A stretch of 64,000 nt of DNA from Candidatus Odyssella sp. (GTDB taxonomy: Bacteria > Pseudomonadota > Alphaproteobacteria > Paracaedibacterales > CAITNM01): the NCBI GenBank assembly GCA_020726185.1, contig DYTB01000001.1:2526-66525 (forward strand), written 5' to 3'. This document shows, in pieces, positions 58,533 to 64,000 of this stretch. A program made the translations under genes and the position numbers. The notes under the pieces were generated by a model. That model ran no database searches and had not been told where the DNA came from. It was given only the letters and a program-made list of their open reading frames with translations. The number at the start of each line of letters is the position of its first letter. Within the stretch, counting starts at the first letter, position 1.

Positions 58533-60070
58533 ATATACCAATTTTGTCATTGATGATTCTTTTGCCTTTTTTGGCAGGGTTCGTTTGTACTTTAGTGCGT
58601 AAAGAAAACAGCGAAAATGCAAAACGAATTGCAGGATTTGTTAGTTGCATCAATTCAATTTTGGCTGGTGGATTATGGTTTTATTTTGATTCATATAATC
58701 CTGGTTTTCAATTTAGCGAAAAGTATCTTTGGATCAAAAGCACAGGTATTGATTTTGAATTAGGTATCGATGGCATATCTTTATTTTTTGTAATTTTATC
58801 GGTTTGGTTATCAACCTTAATGATTTTTGGAACGTGGTATTCTGTAAAAGATCGTCTTCGCGAATACACGATTTCGTGCCTTGCGTTACAGGCCTTTATG
58901 GTGGGCAGCTTTGCCGCAACTAATCTGTTTGTCTTCTATATATTTTTTGAGGCAGTCCTTATTCCTATGTTTTTAATTATAGGCATTTGGGGTGGGGAAA
59001 ATAGAATTTACGCAACAATAAAATTCTTCCTCTACACGTTATTTGGCTCAGTATTTATGCTGCTAGCTATCTTAAAACTTTACACAGAAGCGCAAACTCT
59101 AAGCTTTATTGAACTACAAGATTTTCATATTAGTCCACACCTTCAAACACTTCTTTTTCTTGGTTTTATGGTTTCCTTTGCTATTAAAATTCCCATGTGG
59201 CCAGTACACACATGGTTGCCAGATGCGCACGTTGAAGCGCCAGCAGGAGGCTCCGTATTGCTAGCAGGAGTACTTTTAAAAATGGGAGGCTACGGTATGA
59301 TACGTTTTTGCCTTACGCTTTTTCCGGATGCAAGCACTTTATTTGCTCCATACATATCGGTACTTAGCGTAATAGCAATTGTTTGGGCGTCGTTAATTGC
59401 ACTTGCACAAACAGATATTAAAAAGCTTATAGCATACTCTTCAATTGCACATATGGGCATTGTAACACTTGGTATTTTTGCTTTTAAACCCAATGCATTG
59501 ATAGGATCTATTATACAAATGATAAGCCACGGCCTTGTTTCGTCAGCACTATTTTTTGGAATAGGCATGTTATACGATCGTTTCCATACGCGTGATATTA
59601 ACCTTTACGGTGGTTTGATAAAAATAATGCCTGGTTTCAGCATTATGTTTATTATTTTTTCATTTGCTTCAATTGGGTTACCATTTACATCCGGATTCGT
59701 GGGAGAAATTTTAGTCTTAATTGATAGCTTTTCCGTTCGTCCTTTTATTACTGCATTTGCTTGCTCTGGTATGGTTTTAGGTGCTGTATATATGCTTAAC
59801 TTAGTAAACAAAGTATTTTATGGAAAACTATCAGCTAAGCTAGGTCTTGATTCTAGATTAGACATTAATGACTATAAGTTACACTTACGCTTAAGGCCAT
59901 TTGAAAGTGCTGTTTTAGTAGTTTTGACTATAAGCATTATTACGCTTGGAATCTGTACGAAGCCAATCATGACGCCTATTCGAAGAACTGTATCGCAATA
60001 CTACACAAGTCATACGAACGTAAAACCAATTCAAGTAGATAATAAGATTAGGCTGCAATATGCTAGGTAA
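58529..60070 (+). CDS. nuoM: NADH-quinone oxidoreductase subunit M
   Basis: 513 aa with PMWPVHTWLPDAHVEAPAGGSVLLAGVLLKMGGYG. The GTG start overlaps the nuoL stop. Confidence 0.95.
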   Translation: MNIPILSLMILLPFLAGFVCTLVRKENSENAKRIAGFVSCINSILAGGLWFYFDSYNPGFQFSEKYLWIKSTGIDFELGIDGISLFFVILSVWLSTLMIFGTWYSVKDRLREYTISCLALQAFMVGSFAATNLFVFYIFFEAVLIPMFLIIGIWGGENRIYATIKFFLYTLFGSVFMLLAILKLYTEAQTLSFIELQDFHISPHLQTLLFLGFMVSFAIKIPMWPVHTWLPDAHVEAPAGGSVLLAGVLLKMGGYGMIRFCLTLFPDASTLFAPYISVLSVIAIVWASLIALAQTDIKKLIAYSSIAHMGIVTLGIFAFKPNALIGSIIQMISHGLVSSALFFGIGMLYDRFHTRDINLYGGLIKIMPGFSIMFIIFSFASIGLPFTSGFVGEILVLIDSFSVRPFITAFACSGMVLGAVYMLNLVNKVFYGKLSAKLGLDSRLDINDYKLHLRLRPFESAVLVVLTISIITLGICTKPIMTPIRRTVSQYYTSHTNVKPIQVDNKIRLQYAR

Positions 60071-61523
60071 TATTTTAAAATCAATTCCTGCCATCCCCGA
60101 ATTTATACTTTCTATTAGCGCCTTAATATCTTTAGTGATTGGTGCATTCAAACAAAAGAAGATCGAGCGTTTAATAATTGGAACCATTATTCTTGGATTA
60201 GTTTTTTTATGTTTTTTACTTTTGCTTTCTGATAAATCGGAACAGTTTTTTTGGAATGGTTTATTTATACATATGCCGTTTGGTGTTTGCGCAAAAATTA
60301 TTTTATACAGCCTATCTACCATCGCACTTTTTTGTTTGTTTTCATTTTTAAACGCATACAATATTAAGCAATTTGAATGGCTGATCATTGCTACTTTTTC
60401 AGTAATTGGTGGTTCTGTAGCTCTTTCTTCTAATCACTTTCTTACTTTTTTTATCGGGCTAGAAATGAGCCATTTAAGTCAGTACTTATTAGTGGCAGCA
60501 GATAGAGAAAACCAACAAGGCAGTGAAGCCGCTGTTAAATTTTTTACAATAGGCGCCATAAGCACAGGATTGATGCTTTTTGGCATGAGTTTAATTTATG
60601 GATTCACAGGCACTAGTTTTTTTAACACGCTCTTTTATTTTTTCGGCACATACGTAAATGACTTTGAGCATGCCGGAGCAATAGTCGGCATGTTGTTTGT
60701 GTTAATAGGATTGTGTTTTAAGCTTCCTGTTGCTCCGTTTCATACGTGGGCACCAGATGTTTATCAAGCAGCACCGCTACCAATTGTTTTATTTATTGTA
60801 ACCATCCCCAAAATTATTACTGTGTTCAGCTTGCTTCACCTGCTTACGTACCCCTTTCACGGGATTTTTACCTATTGGCGATACTTATTTGTTGGAATTT
60901 CTATTTTATCAATGATTTGGGGGTCATTGGCCGCGTTGCGCCAGCAAAATTTAAGAAGAATGTTCGCCTATGGCTCAGTAAGTGATATGGGATTTCTGCT
61001 TATGGGGCCAGCAATGGGCGGAGAATTCGGGCTAAGTTCTGCAATTATTTACATTATTTTCTATTCTCTGAATATGTTAGGAATGTTTTCCTTACTTATT
61101 ATATTTGAAAAGAGCTTTAAACCTATTAATGACATTAAAGATCTTAGTGGCATTATGCAAAGCTCTCCCATGCTAGGAAGTCTTTTCTGTTTGTTTATTT
61201 TGTCATTTGCTGGTATTCCACCGATGCCAGGTTTCTTTGCAAAAATTTATGTTTTAGAAAGCGTCATTACAAGATCTGCTTACTTCATGGGCGTGGTCGC
61301 GATCCTTACTACAGTTATTAGTGCAGCATATTATTTAAACGTTTTAAGATTTTTCGTTCTTAGTCAGTCTGCGTTAAAAATCAACAGAATATATTCTTTG
61401 CGAAAATATATTGTGAAAACGCTAGTTGTTTTTGTATTCATTATTTTATGTGGGATGGTTATTTTCCCATTTAGGTTGCTAGAACTCGCTCGTTCTATGG
61501 CTGTGTCTATTCTTTTCCAATAA
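60060..61523 (+). CDS. nuoN: NADH-quinone oxidoreductase subunit N
   Basis: 487 aa with VAPFHTWAPDVYQAAP. It overlaps the nuoM end by 11 nt. Confidence 0.93.
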   Translation: MLGNILKSIPAIPEFILSISALISLVIGAFKQKKIERLIIGTIILGLVFLCFLLLLSDKSEQFFWNGLFIHMPFGVCAKIILYSLSTIALFCLFSFLNAYNIKQFEWLIIATFSVIGGSVALSSNHFLTFFIGLEMSHLSQYLLVAADRENQQGSEAAVKFFTIGAISTGLMLFGMSLIYGFTGTSFFNTLFYFFGTYVNDFEHAGAIVGMLFVLIGLCFKLPVAPFHTWAPDVYQAAPLPIVLFIVTIPKIITVFSLLHLLTYPFHGIFTYWRYLFVGISILSMIWGSLAALRQQNLRRMFAYGSVSDMGFLLMGPAMGGEFGLSSAIIYIIFYSLNMLGMFSLLIIFEKSFKPINDIKDLSGIMQSSPMLGSLFCLFILSFAGIPPMPGFFAKIYVLESVITRSAYFMGVVAILTTVISAAYYLNVLRFFVLSQSALKINRIYSLRKYIVKTLVVFVFIILCGMVIFPFRLLELARSMAVSILFQ

Positions 61524-62492
61524 TTATATTGAAGAAGAAATATTTTGTAATTTCGTTGAAATCAGCTCGTATAATTTTTCGGGCTCTTCAAATTCTAAAC
61601 TGACATTAAAAGAAAAGACCTTCTTTTTAAAGCGTTCAGGCAAACGCAAAAAGTCTTTGGCAGTAGTGATCAAATCAATTTTTCTACGTTCAGATATTTT
61701 TAGCAAACGTTCAAGCTCGGGAATTGTGTAGGGGTGATGATCAGGGAACGGAATAAATCGTTTTACATCAAATCCATAATCTTGCAATGTGCGATTGAAT
61801 TTTTCAGGATATCCAAGCCCTGCGAAAGCAATTACGGGTCTTGAATTTACTTCATCGATGGCGGTCATATGAGCACGTGTTGCTTGCGGAATTCCTTTTG
61901 GCAATGGTTCTTTGCCGATCGCAATTGTTAAGCTAGCTTTACGAACGCCCCGTTGAGGTGACTCACGCAATGGTCCAGCCGGAAATACGCGACCATTTCC
62001 AAATCCTTGCAGTGTATCAACCACTAGTAAGCTCAGGTCCTTATGCAAACTATTATTTTGCAGTCCATCATCCATAATAATGATACTGGCTCCATGACTA
62101 ATTGCAAGTTTTGCAGAAAACACTCTATCTGGCCCCGCCCAAGTAGGAGCTTTTTCTGCCAAAAGTAGTGCTTCATCCCCAACTTGCAAATAAGTATGTT
62201 TCTTGGGATTAACCTGAATTGAATCTTTGATAACTGCTCCATACCCACTGCTTAAAATATGTGGTGAGTGTTTCATTTTTTTTAGCACATCAACTAAAGC
62301 TAGAACTGTAGGGGTTTTTCCTGCTCCGCCCATTACCAAGTTTCCTACGCAAATAACTGGAACAGCAATTTTTTGAGGTTTTATGCGTTTACTATACCAT
62401 AAACTTATGTACTCATACATCCATGCAACTGGCTGTAAAGCACGACTTAACATATTGTTTTGTTGCCAAAATTTAGGAGCCAGAAAAAACAT
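61524..62492 (-). CDS. lpxK: tetraacyldisaccharide 4'-kinase
   Basis: 322 aa with VICVGNLVMGGAGKTP (P-loop), SSGYG and DDGLQN. Confidence 0.9.
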   Translation of the reverse strand: MFFLAPKFWQQNNMLSRALQPVAWMYEYISLWYSKRIKPQKIAVPVICVGNLVMGGAGKTPTVLALVDVLKKMKHSPHILSSGYGAVIKDSIQVNPKKHTYLQVGDEALLLAEKAPTWAGPDRVFSAKLAISHGASIIIMDDGLQNNSLHKDLSLLVVDTLQGFGNGRVFPAGPLRESPQRGVRKASLTIAIGKEPLPKGIPQATRAHMTAIDEVNSRPVIAFAGLGYPEKFNRTLQDYGFDVKRFIPFPDHHPYTIPELERLLKISERRKIDLITTAKDFLRLPERFKKKVFSFNVSLEFEEPEKLYELISTKLQNISSSI

Positions 62493-62501
62493 TTTTCACA
62501 C

Positions 62502-63044
62502 TTAACTTTTATGAAATGTAAACGGAATACAAACAGCACTTATTAATATGGTATCACATCCTAATAAAATCAGCAGACTATTTCCGTTTGTTGTGTTAAA
62601 AAAATCTACCAAAAATATAAAAGGGCAAATTAGCAAAGGAAGCCACCCTAATAGTAAGTTCAACGGGCTAGAATTGGGCATAAAGGTTAATATGCAGGAA
62701 ATGCAAATACTTAGGACTCACCATTGAGAAAATATAAGTAATGACTGAACGGCTTCAGTTTCGGAAATTAAAAGCGCTATCGTCATCGGCAAAAGGGTGC
62801 CAACCAAAACGCTAACAGATTTTGCCCATGCATAAGCAATCGGTGATAATCCGTTGTAGCGACAATGGTCAAAAAACCCATCGAAGCTATCTTCAGTGAA
62901 TGTATTGAACTGCTGATATACCGCAAGAATCGACCCGGTTGTCAACAAAGTTATAGGGGCAAGAGTGAAGCCCAAAATGTAATGAATAATAATGAGCCAC
63001 AAAAAAAGAAGCGGAGCTATAAAAACCTGTTGGCGATGAGCCAA
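62502..63044 (-). pseudogene. ccmB: heme exporter membrane protein CcmB-like, with in-frame TGA
   Basis: The track ORF 62718..63044 (TTG start) ends ...LLIFSQW*. The same frame continues VLSICISCILTFMPNSSPLNLLLGWLPLLICPFIFLVDFF...FHKS to TAA at 62502. FTEDSFDG......LSPIAYAWAKSVSVLVGTLLP aligns with E. coli CcmB FRDDLQDGSLEQL..LPLP.AVVLAKVMAHWMVTGLP. LPLLICPFIF aligns with LPLTIPLLIF. Confidence 0.6.
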
Positions 63045-63073
63045 TATTGAGATTTTACACGCTCCGCTAAAAG

Positions 63074-64000
63074 TTATGACTTATTGCGTGACTTTTCAAA
63101 TTTTTTACGTTCATTTGGATCTAAAATTGCTTTACGGATACGAATTGACTTCGGTGTCACTTCAACGCGTTCGTCTTCTTCAATATAAGTAATAGCTTGC
63201 TCGAGTGTCATAACCTTAGGAGGAGTCAAACGAATTGCTTCATCTTTTCCTGAAGCACGTACGTTGGTAAGTTGTTTTGCACGTAAAGGGTTAATTTCAA
63301 GGTCATTGTCACGGTTGTTTTCACCAATAATCATGCCTTCATAAACCTTTGTGCCATGTTCAACAAACATGATGCCGCGATCTTCAAGTTTCCATAGTGC
63401 ATATCCAACTGCTTCGCCAGTTCCATTTGAAATAAGCACGCCATTGGCGCGTCCTTCAATAGCGCCTTTAAATGGAGCGTAGTCATGGAATAAACGGTTC
63501 ATGACACCTGTTCCACGAGTAATTGTAAGGAACTGCCCATGAAACCCAATAAGTCCACGAGAAGGTCCATGGAAAACAATTCTGGTTTTTCCGCCACCTG
63601 ATGGGAACATGTCTTTCATTTCTGCTTTACGCAAGCTTAATGATTCAACAACTGTACCAACATATTCTTCATCAACATCTATAACAATTTCTTCAATTGG
63701 TTCAAGTCTTTGGTTTGTTGCTTCATCAGTTTTGTATAAAACGCGTGGGCGGCTGATTGATAGCTCAAATCCTTCACGTCGCATTGTTTCAATTAACACA
63801 CCGAGCTGAAGCTCTCCTCGGCCTGCTACTTCAAAAGCATCTCTGTCAGTAGCTTCAGTAATCCTAATAGCTACGTTTCCTTCAGATTCACGTAGTAAGC
63901 GTTCACGAAGTACACGAGATGTAAGTTTTGTGCCTTCTTGCCCTGCTAAAGGAGAATCATTAATTGAAAAGGTCATTGCCAAAGTTGGTGGATCAATAGG
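63074..64000 (-). CDS. typA: translational GTPase TypA/BipA, C-terminal ~308 aa (N-terminus off window)
   Basis: The frame is open to the window edge (..PIDPPTLAMTFSINDSPLAGQEG...). The EF-G-like domains III-V and the BipA C-terminal domain are present. Confidence 0.93.
   Translation of the reverse strand, partial: PIDPPTLAMTFSINDSPLAGQEGTKLTSRVLRERLLRESEGNVAIRITEATDRDAFEVAGRGELQLGVLIETMRREGFELSISRPRVLYKTDEATNQRLEPIEEIVIDVDEEYVGTVVESLSLRKAEMKDMFPSGGGKTRIVFHGPSRGLIGFHGQFLTITRGTGVMNRLFHDYAPFKGAIEGRANGVLISNGTGEAVGYALWKLEDRGIMFVEHGTKVYEGMIIGENNRDNDLEINPLRAKQLTNVRASGKDEAIRLTPPKVMTLEQAITYIEEDERVEVTPKSIRIRKAILDPNERKKFEKSRNKS

Noticed and set aside
62718-62720. The in-frame TGA in ccmB could indicate UGA=Trp recoding (genetic code 4).
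   Set aside because: Many well-delimited genes in the window terminate at TGA with normal lengths: the GST at 572, the first M16 gene at 7526, miaB at 32205 and the nuoL tail at 58530. The other in-frame stop (vat) is TAG. A code change does not fit.
915-63809. About 40 short track ORFs (60-160 aa) lying antisense to, or in alternative frames of, long conserved genes. Examples are 915..1112, 2197..2451, 6169..6408, 13021..13230, 20417..20632, 35421..35825, 59915..60388 and 63609..63809.
   Set aside because: All are nested in genes with strong family signatures. Their composition is low-complexity or odd, as expected of shadow ORFs in AT-rich DNA, and they have no recognisable motifs.
1-64000. 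CRISPR arrays, IS elements or transposases, prophage genes, toxin-antitoxin pairs or known defence systems.
   Set aside because: I saw no periodic repeat-spacer structure, transposase or integrase-like ORF, or terminal inverted repeat while reading the window. The only tandem repeat noted is the 11-bp duplication in the arginase gene.

Overview
The window is an AT-rich, densely packed stretch of bacterial chromosome, mostly housekeeping genes. Several features point to an alphaproteobacterium: a MucR/Ros regulator, a DUF3035 (BamF-like) lipoprotein, an ELM1/DUF1022-like protein, COX15-type heme A synthase, an M16 peptidase pair, Coq7, a short RNase D and the ffs-dnaX-ybaB arrangement. I infer a Rickettsiales- or Holosporales-like host-associated organism. 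I support about 70 features. They include uvrA, rpiB, pgi, glyQS, bamE, a xer recombinase, map, rpsD, ybaB, dnaX, SRP RNA, trkH, ccmA, def, lysC, ubiG, a PAS histidine kinase, mucR, miaB-phoH-ybeY-corC, ctaA, yggT, rbfA, gltX, an arginase, trxA, tRNA-Asn, rpsT, a LuxR regulator, a gltP-like symporter, kpsF, coq7, dsbB, glmS, nrdBA, a three-gene acetyltransferase operon, ispB, a GT4 transferase, nuoLMN, lpxK, ccmB and typA (partial). I found no CRISPR array, transposon, prophage or recognisable defence island. Two things stand out. First, a clear cobalamin riboswitch that the ORF track cannot show sits in the leader of the class Ia ribonucleotide reductase operon. Second, conserved genes carry an unusually high number of lesions. 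nrdA lacks its substrate-binding loop. The arginase is broken by a perfect 11-bp tandem duplication. miaB, ctaA and nuoL each have a 1-nt frameshift, as does the extreme 5' end of a pilB-like ATPase. ccmB has an in-frame TGA, and a Vat-type acetyltransferase has an in-frame TAG at a conserved Trp. An ELM1-like gene probably has a C-terminal frameshift. Some 1-nt lesions could be homopolymer assembly errors. The duplication, the deletion and the two nonsense codons look like genuine gene decay, and several hit O2-dependent or respiratory functions. All calls come from reading the sequence and translations by eye. No database search was run.
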